A DNA stretch of 64,000 nucleotides, taken from positions 5,456,001 through 5,520,000 of the forward strand of contig CM022673.1 in NCBI GenBank assembly GCA_012295275.1. The letters run 5' to 3'. The notes under the pieces were generated by a model that made no database searches, was not told the DNA's origin, and worked only from the letters and a program-made list of their open reading frames with translations. Below, one piece after another: positions 34,885 through 50,230 of this stretch (within the stretch, counting starts at the first letter, position 1; every line of letters starts with the position of its first letter). The translations under genes were made by a program, and so were the position numbers. This DNA is from Chrysomallon squamiferum (Eukaryota > Animalia > Mollusca).

Positions 34885-35813
34885 GTAGTCAGTCATGCGT
34901 CTTTTGTGTAGCCATAAAAATATTATCAATGGTTCAGCGCCCATAGGTAATAGCACCGCTAAGCATCATTCTACTATAATGAAAGAAATTGAGCTAAAAA
35001 GTTTGAAATAACTGATTTAATCAGGCAAAAATGTGAAAGGCCTCTACGGAGATTTTGTTTTGTCATAGCGCGAGCAACACAGTATGACCGATGACTCCCC
35101 TTTTAAATACTTGGGTTCAATAACATCTAGGGTTATCATATTTTCATCAACCAAAGACAGTACAGAAGGAATCTATATTCACTATGACGGGTCCCAAACC
35201 TATCTACACGTTTTTATTTATTCCTCCTTCCAAGTCAAGTTGAAAAAAAGCTAAAACATACCCTTGTTCAAGAACGATCTCGTGACCCCCAGAAAAAAGG
35301 CTTGCGACCCCCAGTCTATGAAAATATTTAATGCGGTCAAGAATAATTTTAAATATTTTATGCGTAGTAAATAAAGATATTGTATTTAACTAAAGTCCAT
35401 AGTTGTTATTAAAAGGTTTTTCTTCCTTTTGTAAATTTTATTTATTATTATTATTTTTTAACATATTTGTTTTTGAAGTATTTTTGACCGTACGAGTTTG
35501 TTTTGTTTCTGTAAAAAAAAAAAAAAAAAAAATTTTTTTTATGCATTTGTTGTTATTGTTGTTGTTTGTTTTGTTTTTTGTTTTTTTTATTTACTTATAT
35601 AATATTTATTTATTTATTTTTATTTATTTATTTGTATAATATTTATTTATTTTTTTATTTATTTATTTACTTATATGCTTATTTATTTTTATTTATTTAT
35701 TATTATTATTATGTTTGTTTGTTTCTGTTGTTGGTTGGTGGGCTGGCTGTTTTATTTTTGCTTGGGTTTTTGGTAGCTGATCTTTTTCTGTTTTGTTGAA
35801 TATTTATTTTATT

Positions 35814-35871
<58 letters not shown>

Positions 35872-36312
35872 GGTGGGGCCCTTATGCTCAACTTTTCACT
35901 TTGGTTAATATCAAATATTGTAATGTTTTTTCTTTTCTTTAATTTACTTAAAAAAAAATACTTCCTCATGGTTTTCATAGACAAATTAAGATAGTTTATG
36001 ACTTTCTGATTGGAAATTTTACTAGAATCAAAAACACATTTTTCTCTCTCAAAAACTCATAAACAGATCTAAATTTACACAGAATGCATTTTCACACTGT
36101 CACAAACTTCTGATAGCATTATTTGTTTTTTTTCTGACCGTCACTGATTCACTTCCAATGTATTGTTTGTCGGTGAAAGACTTCTTAACTCCAATTACAG
36201 GGTTCAAGAAATTCGAACAAAAGCACCCAAGTTACTGAGTTTCACTGTAAAAACCCAAACGTCTTTTTAATGTTCCTTCCTCCTCTTTTCTTTGCTTTTA
36301 TAAAAAAAAAAT

Positions 36313-36394
<82 letters not shown>

Positions 36395-38006
36395 ACAATA
36401 AACAAACAAAATAATGAAAAACCGAGAGACAAAGTGTAGTCTGAATACAGTCTGTTACAATTCAGAGAGAGTTTATTGTTGTTATTTTATGATACTGTTC
36501 ATTTTTATTTGATTTCGTGGTTTTTTTTCATAGGATGTTTTGTTTGTTGTTTGTTTTTTTTTTTTTTTTTTTTTTTTATATATATATTCATATTTTTAGT
36601 TTGTTTATTCTTTTTTTACTTCTTTTTTTTCTATTAAACTAATGTGTAAATGAATGTGTGTAAATATCTGTTTATGTATGCAAGTGTTATGTATGTATGA
36701 GAATGTACGTCTGTATATGTATAGGTTTCTGCTTTTTATTACTTTGGTGCATATATCCTATACCTATTAGCTATGTACTGTTGTCACGGAATATAGATGT
36801 GTATAGGCAGCTATCTGGATAGATAATCAGATAGACAGACACACAGTCAGGCAGAAAGATAGACTCGTAACCAGATAGACAAAAAGACAGATAAAATTAT
36901 TATATCATTTACAGTTTGTTTCGACTGCGGCCATTTTGAAAATCCAACAGAAGCAAATATCACCATTGGATTTCATATTAATTTATAAATTTTTCAAAAA
37001 TGTACTAGCCTCTCCATACATTTTGAATAAACGTTTTTATTTTACATACTGATACCGAATCTGATTAAATACGGGATGTTTTGGGTTTTTAAAAATCATA
37101 TAAAATAAATTAATTAATTAATAAATAAGTAAATGGAGTTTTATAGCTATATGTAGATTCTTAGCTAGGGTGTTCAGTAGTAATAGAAGAAAAAAATAGC
37201 AAACCCAGATAGTATAAAATATAAATATTTATTAACATACAGTTACTTAAAAACAAGAATATTATTCAAAGCAAAACAGAAACGTATTTACCACGACATG
37301 TTATGTCCTGCGAATTACATACAAATACATATATTAAAAGCAGTAAAGGTAAAAGAAAAATATAAGATTGAACGAAAATTAAGAAAAACATTATTTTTAA
37401 ATAATTAAATAAAATGAAAGCTTTAAAAATAATAGTAATACTTTTAAAAGTTTATAAAACTAAAACTGAAGTAAAATTAAAAAATAATATAAAACTTAAA
37501 AATCGATTCAGTAAAATAATAAATATAATTAAAATAGAATAAAAAAAAGGCAAAATAAAGACAAAGTATATAGATACTATGTATTTCGTTAATATAATAT
37601 ATCTAATTTTTACTTGCTTCCTCTTTCTTAATGTATATTTTTTTTAAAAATCGAAGTAATATGAAAAGAAGATGATTAAAATAATATAATGATACACGTG
37701 ACAGAAAGAAAAAGCAAATAGTAAAGACTAGAAACAAAACAATGACAATAACAATAATTAAACTAAAATACTTAAACTGGTTTTACCAGAAACCTTATTT
37801 CTCCTTACCTTGGGTCTCGGCTATGTTATTTATTTATTTACTGAATTTTATTTTATTTTATTTTATTATTATTTTTATTTTATTATTATTTTTTTTTTAT
37901 ATACTGAATTTTATTTTATTTTATTTTATTTTATTATTTTTATTTTATTTTTTTTTTATCTCATGTTTATTTATTTATTTATTTATTTATTTTATTTTAT
38001 TTTATT

Positions 38007-38037
<31 letters not shown>

Positions 38038-38430
38038 TTTTTTTTTTATTTACAAAGAATTCTCATTTATCTGGTTTATTGTCCTATGTGGAACTGAAAA
38101 ACGTTTAATTTATTTGCAGAAACCGTTTCGTCAGGTTATATATGTGTGTGTGTGTGTGTGTGTTCCTGTATGTTCGTCTCTAGGTCTCTCTATACAGGTG
38201 TGTGTATATATGTGTATGTATACGTGTGTGTATGTATGTGTGCGCGTGTGCGGGATGGGGTGTATGAGTGTTTGTGTGTCTGTCTAAGTGTGTGTGTTTG
38301 TGTGCGTGCGTGCGTGTGTGGGGCTAGGTGGGGGTGTACGTGTGTTTGTGTATGTTTGTTTCTGTCTGCATGTGTGTGTTTGTATGTGTGTGTTTTGTGT
38401 ATGGGTGTGGGTGTATGTGCATTTGGGATG

Positions 38431-38478
<48 letters not shown>

Positions 38479-40027
38479 TTTTACCTAGATATATTTTATA
38501 TTGTATAAGATGTTAATACGTAAATTCATGTATAAATATACATTTTTTTTTTTTTTTTTATAAATTTAAAAAAAAAACTGAATACAAAGTGTATCTCCAC
38601 GAACGCATTTCTGTACGAAGTTACACTCAGACTGAAGTTCACAGATACGAAATTCTGAATGACCCTACTGTTTGTCTACCACCGTCTTAAACACATTTCG
38701 TTTTCTCTCTGTCTCAGGCGAAAAAGCCAAATACCGGACTAAATTTAACCAGGCTATTTTCACATTGTCACGAAATTCGCGAAACCAGTTTGATATCTTC
38801 AGCGATTCAGTTATAGTCGTTTGTGTTTCCATCTAAGATTCTTATTCAAATAGGAAATGCAAACGCCCAGTCTGAAGCCAGACACTGTTTTAATTTTGTT
38901 GTTTTTATTCGAACATATTTGAAGCATGACGACTTCTTAGGATATTTTTTATAGTTGTGGAAAATGTGTGAAATTTAGGATTTTTCTGATCGTCATAGAT
39001 CATTTATATTTTTATTTATTTATTTGATTATTGATTTATTTATTTATTTATTTATTTGATTATTGATGTATTATTTATTTATTTGTCTTTTTTATTATTT
39101 ATTAACTTTTTCATTTATCTATCTATCTATCTGTCTGTCTCTCTGTTTGTTTGTTTATTTATTATTTATTTATTTATATATTTATTCATTCATTTATCTG
39201 CTTGTTTCTTTCTTTATTTATTTTATAATTATTTTGCATAAGTTGATACTTTTAATACGAAATAAAAGTATATTAGATATATGTAAAAAGCTTAACATAA
39301 AAGTTATAAAATTGTACACCACATTTTTAATGTTAAAGAGTATTTCCACCATCTTCTTAATTTTGAATACAACTATTAAAAAAAATAACAATTTTAAATA
39401 TTTTATGCGTAGTAAATAAAGATACTACATTTAACTAAAGTCCAAATAAAATTTTAAAAAATATAAATAAATAAATAAAAGAAGAAGAAAAAGATGCATT
39501 ATAAAAAGCACATTTAAATTAAACAACCAAGCGAAACTAGGAATCAAATTATCACAATCTCGTGAGTGTAATTATCAAAGCTAGCTACATGACAAAGTGG
39601 TTAATTCCTAGGTAATTCAGCTCAGCTCAATAAAATGTTAAATCAGTAATACATTACTTAAAATTCTAAACTACTCAGATATCCATTTCAATGACACAAG
39701 TAAATTCATTAAAAAAAAAGATACATTTAAAAAAAAAAAATCTGACTATATGACAGCTAACCAAAACCACTGCTGCAAAAAGATCTATTTATATTTCTGA
39801 TAAAAACTGATTTCAATCACAATTAAGAGCTGACAACACGAACGTAAGACGCAGACAGGTAATGACATGTAAAACACAGTGATAGATCGTCTGCATGATC
39901 GTATCTCAAACACAAAACCCTGAAAGCACCGTTTGCAATATTTACAGAAACGACATTGACGAATGTAGTGTTCATCACAGACAGGATCACAGGCAGTTAC
40001 CGAAAATTCATCATAAGTTGTAAAAAC

Positions 40028-40058
<31 letters not shown>

Positions 40059-40564
40059 GTATTAAATTATAAATCTGGTATAAAACATGGCCCAAGTAAC
40101 ACTTCAATATTTAGGGCCGTAAAATGTAGGTGTGCAACTGACTACTACTCCTGCTGCAACAACAGCAGCTGTTACACGGATGTGTTACAAATGTTTATAC
40201 ATTCTCTTGTGACATGTCGGTATCACTGGGTTTTCAAACATTGTCGTATACAAGTAAACACATACGTTTAAAATGAACTGTATAAAATGTCAGGGCAGAT
40301 CGAGTTAGATATAACTCTACAAGTATCGTAATTTGCAGAGAGACCACACACACACACACACACACACATCCATACAAACACATACATATACACATTAAAT
40401 TCGTTAAGGGCGCTATTATATCTGCTGGATAAAGAAGTAGAAATTTCTTAAGCAAGAATATTTTTAATGCTCACACACACACAAACACAAACACACAAGC
40501 TTCAGATAATATATGTACTATTATAATCTAGATAACATAGTGCCAAAAAAAAAAAAAAATAGTC

Positions 40565-43500
40565 TTAACTTATGACGGCTGACGAATCGTAATATATGTG
40601 TCTAAATATCGAACCCACGGTAGTATTCCAAGTTTTAATGTCTTCTGCGTTATGTTCTGTTTGATGAAACCTAATCCACAAATGGACAATGTAGTTGTTT
40701 TCCTTCCAGTCATAAAGTTTGCCAACCTCGTACAACTGGGGAAGCTCCATCCAGTTAGGTCGATGTAAAGATTTTTGCTCGGTGTGTATTAAGTTTTTAT
40801 ATTCTTTGGCTAGTCTCGCCGGTAATTGCACAGAATGTTCTGCCCATTGTTGGTCTTGGAAAGTCTTGTATTTTGTATGCCAGATCTTCAGAAAGTCTGC
40901 CCAAGCCTTTGCAATGATTACACCATTACATAAACCACTGTCGTGTTCGTAACCCATCACCATTTCGTATTTCAACAACGGGTCCAGAGATTTAACGGCC
41001 ATAGCGTCAAGATCAAGATATATCCCGCCGAACTCCATAACAGCCTCGAGGCGTACAACGTCAGTGGCGTGTTCAGAAACCTGAATGGGATTCCCATAAA
41101 TTTGCGTTGGCGTATCTCGGTAGATTAAGATAATCTCTGGGACTTTTTGTCGCATTTCTTTGAAATAGTCTCCCTCCGGAACCATGTCCAACCAGAAAAA
41201 GATTCTGTCTGGTTTGACGAATTTGTGAGCTGCTAAAATAGCTAACATATGATGAAAGCGAAAATGGTTTTTCTTTGGGCCGCCATACCACGTAAAATGA
41301 ACTAAGCTTGGAATGACTCGTTCCGTGTGTTCGATATTCTTCGAGTAACTGACTGGTAACTTTAACTTTTCGTTAAAAGTCGTGTTTCTGACGTAAGTAT
41401 AAAACGGATCAGTCGCTTTTTTCTTGCATATATTTGTCTCCACACACAACTTTTTACTCGCTGAATCTGATGGTTTAACTTTCTCTGGTGTAGCGATGTC
41501 AGAATTTCCGTAATAAATATATCTGAATATAGAACCAGCCGTCGTGTTCCACGTTTTAATATCGGTCGGATTATGCTCTATCCCGTGTTGGCGAATCCAC
41601 AGATGAACAATGTAGTTCTTCTCTTTGTAGTTGAAGAGATTTCCATCTTTATACAGCATCTTGGCTTCCTCGGGCGTATAATTCGGTCTATGAAATGATT
41701 TCTCTTCTGTATGTATTAACTTAGGATATTTCAAGGCCAGGATCCCAGGCACCTGTACTGAATGATACTGCCACTGGTTATCGTCGAACGTTTTGTATGC
41801 TTCGTGCCAAATCTTTAAGAATTCTGCCCACTTGACGCCAATGATAACTCCGTTGCAAAGCGCATCCTTCCCTTCGTATCCCATCACCACGTCGTATTTA
41901 AGAAGAGGATCCAAAGGCTTGACGACAATAGCATCCAGGTCGAAGTACATTCCGCCATATTCCAAAATGGCTTCCAGACGTACGATATCGGTTATGTGTT
42001 CGGCGACTTTCACAGGTCGACCATATATTTCTTTTGGAGTTTTACGATGGATCAGAAACAGTTCTGGAACCTTTTCTTTTAATTCCTTGAAATAATCACC
42101 TTCTGGAATAAGATCAAACCAAAAATAAATCCGTTCCGGTTTCACAAATTTATGGGCAGCTAGAATGCTGATCAGGTGGTGAAATCGGAAATGGTTTTTC
42201 TGGGGCCCACCAAACCACGTGAAGTGCACCAATGGCGGTATTACTCTTTTTTCCTGAACAATATTCTTGTCTGTGTAGACAGGAGAATTGAGCATTTTAT
42301 AAAACGTGTCATTACGTTTGTATACGTAAAAGTTGGCAGCAGGATCTGGCTTGCATATGTTGTTCTCTATGCAGTTTTGAAGTGTCAGTTCTGAAAAAGA
42401 AAACAACTGAATAAAAATAAAGATGCCAGTTACACAAGTATGCGAGAGAAATAAGACGCAAGCAAAACTAAAAATAATATTAGTACCTTGAAACTTTACT
42501 GATGTATAAAAAATATCTAGAAAGTTAGTAATCCAAATACAAATAACATATTTTGGCCATAATAATAAAATTGAAAAACAGTTATTCTAAATCGATAATG
42601 TTACCCTAGGTTTACATTAAAAAAAAGTAGTGTAAATTAATTTTGTATCACTGGAAAGAATTTCTTTATTTGTTCCTAGCTACCCATTTAAGAGAGTGTA
42701 ATAATAATAAAAACTATGTCAATAAAATAACAAGTTCGTTACGATGAATGGAAGCTGATACTTTTCTTAATGACCTCATTACGTAGATTAGAAATAAATT
42801 TCACAACACTAAATTTCTTACTTCTGAGTGTGTTGTCAGTGGTGGTTTCTCCCAGCGTTATGTACATATATTTTGTTTTTGTGTTGTCTATGAAGAATAT
42901 ATAAACAGTAAGAAGAAGAGCGGCAGCGAAAAACAGAACCGCAAAGAAAAGTCGATTCACTCGAAACAGTGAATCTTTTTGGTTACCTGCAAAAACAAAA
43001 ATTAAATATGATAAATTAAGGTATCATCAATATAATTATTATTATTATTATTGTTGTTGTTGTTGTTGTTGTTGTTGTGGCTGCTGCTGCTGCTGCTGCT
43101 TTTGTTGTTATAGTTAGTATTATTTTATCATTATCGTCATCAAAGTAATTATTGTTGTTGTTATAATTATTATTATATATGCATGCATTCAGACATACTT
43201 ACATACATGAATACATACAGAGAGACAGATAGACGCATATGCTCTATAACTGACTCAATTATTCTTTCGTTGTGTTTAAACTGGATCGAAGAAAAATGAA
43301 TATATTATTATTATTATTATTATTATTATGATTATTATTATCGCGTTTTGGCGTGCCGTCTGCAATAAACGAGAAGGACCCAGTTTTAAGCCACACCTAT
43401 CTTTGATCTGTTCACTCAGGTGTAACGATTTTCTAATTAATCGATAACGTTTCATCTGCATATTTGCCATGGAATTCTCTAAATTTGTTTCTAGTAGTTC

Positions 43501-43686
43501 TTTTACACACAGTGTTCTTTTTTATCCTTTCCAGTAAAAAACAAAGCTGGAACAAGAAGGACTGACAAAATAAATTATTACTGAAGAACGTAGAAATAGG
43601 TGGGGTATTTATTTATTTATTTATTTTTCCGTTGTGTATTATTAGCTGATGAGTGTTACTTTGTGCTTCAAAATAGTTTTTTGTAT

Positions 43687-43777
<91 letters not shown>

Positions 43778-45391
43778 TAATATATTAACGAACAATGTTA
43801 TGTTTATGAAACAATTTCCTTATTCTTAATACTTCAAAATAACAACGGCTTTTACTAAATATTCTACATCATTTTGTGACGAGAAGCAGGGAATCTTTAA
43901 TACATATTTTATCTCTAAACAATTTACAGAACAATTAATACAGTCACTTTAACGAAGATAAGGTATAAACTAATAACAATATTATCATTCGCTCACTGAT
44001 GTAATATTAGGAAACAGCGAATAATGAGAAATGACAATAAAATATTTTAGAAATATTAAATTTCGTTTTAGGAGCGGTCCTAGGGGACAGTTATTTGGAC
44101 ATTATGTACCAGACTTTAAATAAGGAAGAGGATTTGGCTGGTACAATTACATTCTTCAAGATTAGTGTTTTAAATCCCTATCAAATATTAACTTTGTTAA
44201 AATCATTTAAATGTATCTGTTGACTGTCTGAAAATAATTTTTTTTATAGAGCATGAATTCCAATTTCTAATTCCGTCCGTTTGGTCATTCACAGTGAAAG
44301 ACCGAGATCTCTATACTTTCATACAGAGATAATGTTGTTGATAGGTAACATTCGAAGGATAAAAACAAATGTATACGTCTATTTGTATGTTCACTGAAGG
44401 TCAGAAGAAATAAAAAGTTTTCATAAAATCGTGACTGTGTGATTATGTCAAGTGACATTCCCAAAGCAAAAACATTTTTATCTACCTGGTTATTATTCAC
44501 TTCAAAATGAGTTTGAAATAATCACACCAGCAGCAGGGCAGAATTTTAATTTTTCTAAGGTCAAAAATGTTAAAACATCAAGGCAAGATGGACTGGCACC
44601 AAAGTAAATACTTTTTCCAAAGAAAAGATATCAATATTACTTAATTTGTAGGTTATGGTCGATCGATAATAAAGAAATAAATATGTTTATTTATACGTTT
44701 GTAACCGAACCACTGAAGGTCAAAAGAAACAAAAAGTGCTTTCGAAATTTCATGACAATGTGAAAATCTGTAAATTTATATCGACCCAGATCACCATGTA
44801 ACTGAATTGCTGAAGCTTGAACACTGTCAGTTTACAATATTATTGCGTTAAAATTGTTTGTAACGAAAGGACGTGGACATAAACATATTAAGCTACCTGG
44901 TCATTCACTGGAATATTATTTTCATTGTATACTGACTTCAACAAGTATTATATGATTAGCCAAAATGTCGGCGTCTATGATTTTGCTCAGAGAGTCGATC
45001 TTTATTGGAATGGCACAGAATCAAACCACACAGAGCAACCAGACAGGTTTTTTTTTATTGCTCAGAACATTGTCCAAGTTTAGAGACACGAAGCCACGTT
45101 CGAGATATAAGAGATTTATTACTGGACTTGTATAGGTACTCGCTGAGGGTGTAATATATGCCTTGACCCAGACGCTGGCACGCCATGCTACCCTCGGAAC
45201 AAAGACAGTTAAGAAGTGTAGCTATGATAGCTGATGCCGGTGTCGTGGTAAAATTTAAAGACCGTATTCTCGATTCAAAAGCCTAAACTAGAGCGATATA
45301 TATGTGTGTGTGTGTCTGTGTGAGTGATTGTGAGTGTGTGTGTGTGTGTATGTGTGTGACTGTGAGTTTGTGTGTGTGAGTGTGTGTGTGT

Positions 45392-45440
<49 letters not shown>

Positions 45441-46445
45441 AATGCAGCAATACAGAAGTGTGGGATATTTTATGTTAAATTGTATTATATTCCTTACTTT
45501 ATTTATTTAGTTTAATTTTAGTATCTCTCTTTCTCCATATATATAATATATATTACAACGAGAGAGAAATAAAGATACTTATATTAAAACAAATGAATAA
45601 TTATGCTAATATTTTACTTTATGACAAAATCTGAAGGAGAAATATTTTACTTTACTACTACTATGAAAACTACAATAACAGCATATCCCGTCATAGCTTA
45701 TAGGAAAACCTAAACCTAACGTACATCTACACGATTTTCTGAATAAAGACAGCATGACAAGAATAAATTTACGAATAGATTTAGTAAAACGTCTTTTCAA
45801 ACATATTTTAAAATGTTCTAAGTATATATTTTAGAGATTATATACATACACACATTATATTAGAACAAGTTTTAAAAAGATATTTAAATGTCTTGTGAAC
45901 ATATTTTAAAATTTTCTAGGTATATATTTTAGAGATTATAAAGGTTACATTCTAAATATTTTTTGATAACATTTTTAAAATTATATTAGAAATATTTTTT
46001 TTTAGATGTCAAACTGTATTTGTGTAATTCATGAACCTTTCTGTTTATAATTTTAAAATATATTTCAGGAATTCCATACCAATCAAAACATGTGTGTCAA
46101 ATTTGAAACTCTAGCCAAACTCTAAGTGTATATATTGTATCACTGAACATAAAAAATATTTTTGAATGTAAACATTTTTTGTCTTGTAAAACAATTTCAT
46201 TATTACGGAGACTGAACAAATTGACTTCATTATCTTAAAAACATTTCTGCCTGCTGCTGAAATATTCTGGTTAATTGACTGACTGTGAAAGAATAACTGG
46301 CGACAGCCAACACAGCAACGCGAATTAACGACATCTTCGTAATTTATGAAAGACTAAGGCTTTTCAATCTGCGGTTAATTGTTGTTGTTCATCCAACTAT
46401 CATGCCTTAAATCTTTAATTTATTATTATTATTATTACTATTATA

Positions 46446-46520
<75 letters not shown>

Positions 46521-46994
46521 TTATTTGCCTGTTTATGCCGTGTTACTCAACATTTTCAATTTGTTAATTAGTTATTAAACTCAGTATTTCAAAATTTTAA
46601 TAAAGACCATGTCATATAAATCATGGTTTAATTTATTAAACCAACGCTAACAAAATAATATGTTAATATTGACGAATTTTGTTTTCTTCAGATTTTTTAT
46701 ATAGTGTGCCTTCATTTTTTTAAATAAATACTAACAACAATAATGAAAATATATATCATATAAATTACATAGATACACAAACATACGGCTGCACACACAA
46801 ACATACATAAATAAACACGGGCACATTCATACATACATACATATATATGTGTGCATATTCAGTATTTGCCATAGTTCTATCATTTCTGTTAATATATATG
46901 AACATATATATATATGCACACACATACATACTTATATACATACACATATATACATATATATAAATAAATAAATAAAATTAAAATACTTACTCAT
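40565..46994 (-). CDS. Double-domain GT32/DXD glycosyltransferase paralogue 2, 664 aa. Exons 46994-46991, 42986-42822, 42390-40565
   Basis: Same splice sites as paralogue 1 (4+165+1826 nt = 665 codons). N-terminal TM anchor; two repeats of C-x5-C...IP-x-LVHFTW...D(I/V)VRLEA-x-x-E(Y/F)GG-x-Y-x-DLD...CNG...HSV...HLW; no internal stop. Confidence 0.9.
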
Positions 46995-48367
46995 AATCTT
47001 GTGTTTAGGTAACAATCCAAACAACTATTAATTTCTTTCTTTTTTTTTTTTTTTTTTTTTTATTTGAATTGCATTTTGTTTGCAATATTTATTGTTCCAT
47101 AAAAAGATATTTCACATCTGTTGCCTCTCTGTGTTTTTGATTATGAGCGTGTGTGTCTCTCTCTCTCTCTCTGTGTGTGTGTTGGCGTGCGAGATCGGTT
47201 TCAAACAGGACACAAAGAATAGCTGTTGATATTTCTGTTGTTCACCTCGGTCACGTTACAACGAGCAGACTACTAAAAATACAGGTGTAAACCTCGCTTT
47301 CACTGGTCGGCTTTGTGCACGTTACAAAGAAAACGTCCCTTTGGACACACACATACACACACACATTTAGATTAATGAAAGGGCGGCACTGCATAAAAAA
47401 TAACATATTTTCATTTGCACAATTTATGCAGAGCTCCGTTTCATAATGATGTTGATGATATTGATAGTGGTTAACGACAGCGGTGACGTGGTGGTAAAAT
47501 CAAAACTAACGACGACAGTGATGATGCTGACGTTGCTGTAATTAAGATGACCATCTGATGATGAGAAAGATGATTATAATAATAATGATTGTGACGATAA
47601 TGAAGGTGTGTATCTTTGTATGAATGTATGTGTGTATGTATGTATGTATGTATGTAACAAATCGTAGAGTCTTTCACAATTTCTTATTTATGGACTTCCA
47701 TTTAAATACAATTTCATAACGAAATGTGTTCGTCTTCTGTTTACCTACAAAGGGACTTTTTGTATGTATGCACGCATGTGTTTGTGTGTATAAATGTGTA
47801 TATTTGTTACTGTATGGATGCATTCATGTCTTTGTTTGTATATAGATATGGCTGCCAGAGGAATCTGCAAAAGTAGGTTTTATGCTACAGAGAGATATTC
47901 TGTGTAAACTGGTCTAACGATGAGCTGACCATAAGATCAACACAAATCCTCACAGACCTAAATATTTCCTTCTTTGAGTAACCTGTACGTAACGGTCACC
48001 TGATTATAACGATCAGCGACCACTGAATTTCATCGAAAACCGTTGACTGAATCTGCTATAACGGTCTGAACATTTCACCCTTTGGAAATGTCGCCAAGTT
48101 CCGCTGATGGTAACTGAAAATCAAAGATACACTCAGTCAGTTTCTCTTACACGTAATTCGACTGGATTTCAGTTGTTGAATTCAGAGCACTTAAGAACTG
48201 TTTTCACCTCGAAAAATCATGGGTTGTAAATAAAGTAATCTTTTCCTGCTGTTATTATACGTACATTTACACTGTGCTAATTAAGGAAGTTGAGAAAAAT
48301 CAAAGAGAATGTTGAGATAGGTGTCCGATTGTTTTAAGTCAGATATGACTGATAACAAATGTGTGTG

Positions 48368-48421
<54 letters not shown>

Positions 48422-49880
48422 GGCCTGTGTACATTTCGAATTATATATGATGCTGTTAAAACACAAATTCATGTACAATTGTTTTTGTTTTATTTAATGT
48501 TTTTCTTCAATGCTTTTCTTTTAATGTTTTTCATAATTGTCGTCTTCGGTTTACATACAAAGTATATCCTGTGAACACATTTCGTTGTGAAATTGTATTC
48601 AAATTGAAGTCCATAGATAAGAAATTTGTTAACAGCCATCATAAACACTCTCATCTGTTTTATTTGTTTGCTTTTACTCTCCTGCTCACGTGATAAATAT
48701 CATAATGCCATATACCGCTCTATATTTACCTAGTTTCTATCCAGTTACTGCGAAATTCTGAATGCACTGTGTCTCATCTGACCTTCATCGATACAAACGT
48801 TTTTGAAACATGACCACTTTTGAAAAGATTTTTCTATATGTTTTCGTACTTGGTCGATATCCATGAAATTTACGATTTTCTAACTTTTACTGATTTTTCA
48901 ATTTTTTTTTTTTTTTTTTAAAATAATTTAGTCATATAGATTTCCTTCATTGTTTATGTAGCTGTTTATTTGTTTATGCATTATTTCAATTAGTTATTAA
49001 TTTAGTCATATAGATTTCCTTCATTGTTTATGTAGCTGTTTATTTATTTATACATTATTTGATCTATTTATTAATTTAGTCATATTGATTTCCTTGACTG
49101 TTCATGAACCTGTTTATTTATTTATACATTATTAGTTCATTCATTTATCTATAAATTCCTTTCTTTATTTTATTTATTTTTAAAAATTACAAACTCAAAT
49201 TTATAATTATTTTGCATAAATTTATACTTTAATAAGCAGTAAAAATATATTAGAAATCTCTAAATACTTAAGAAAAAAAATTAACATCTTCTGTCGACAT
49301 TATATATAAAAATTTAACACAGCTGTCAGTTCTGTTTATAAATATTCAGAAATAACCCAGGAAGCTGACAAACCTCATATTAGAGGTTGCCAAATGAATA
49401 TTAGTTACAGACAGGCCATGACATGTAAAATATACCGACTGCTCAACATAATGTTATTTCAAACACAAAACTTTGCAAGGATTGTTTTCATTATTTACAG
49501 AAAAACAACGTTGAAAAATCCAGTGTCAGAAAATGTTGACAAAAATAATAAATGCATAAAAATTACTGACATCAGTACACAACAGAAACTGACAAATATA
49601 TGAATGAATGAATTATATATTTTATTTATATTTAACAGAGATCATAGAAGTATATTTAAAACTGCATAGCATATAATACACAAACACCATAAGGCACTGT
49701 ATGTTGATATTACCAACTAACGTGACTGAAGGCTTTGAAAGAAAAAAATATTCGCCGACACTGAGAATTTATTTCATTTCTTAAGTAGAAAAATTAAAAA
49801 GAAACGTGTGTGTGTTAACACATCAAAACATATAAAAACGTATACATAATGTAGATATATATAAAAACATAGATGTAATC

Positions 49881-49925
<45 letters not shown>

Positions 49926-50057
49926 AAAACACACACATAAAAACATATATATAAACATAAAAAATAACTTCCTATAAAAAGGTAGGTACATTTTTCGCCG
50001 GTTTCTAAGTATTGTCAAAACGTATAAAAATAAAAGAAAATATTATTATTATTATTG

Positions 50058-50116
<59 letters not shown>

Positions 50117-50230
50117 ATTATTATTATTATTCAGCAAATTAGATCATATAAGTCTTATAAAGAACTATAAATACTATAACCATGTATATTTATATAATCT
50201 AAACATGAGAGGACTACATTACAAAGTGTT

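Noticed and set aside
35185-35325. hAT/Charlie-like MITE remnant (GTCCCAAACCT…GCGACCCCCAG)
   Set aside because: TIRs and target duplication could not be delimited.
40565-42390. Bacterial contamination or recent horizontal transfer of the long intronless GT exon
   Set aside because: It is joined by conserved spliceosomal introns to a TM exon within host-like repeat-rich DNA, and animal GT32 genes often have large single exons. Ancient origin would need phylogeny.
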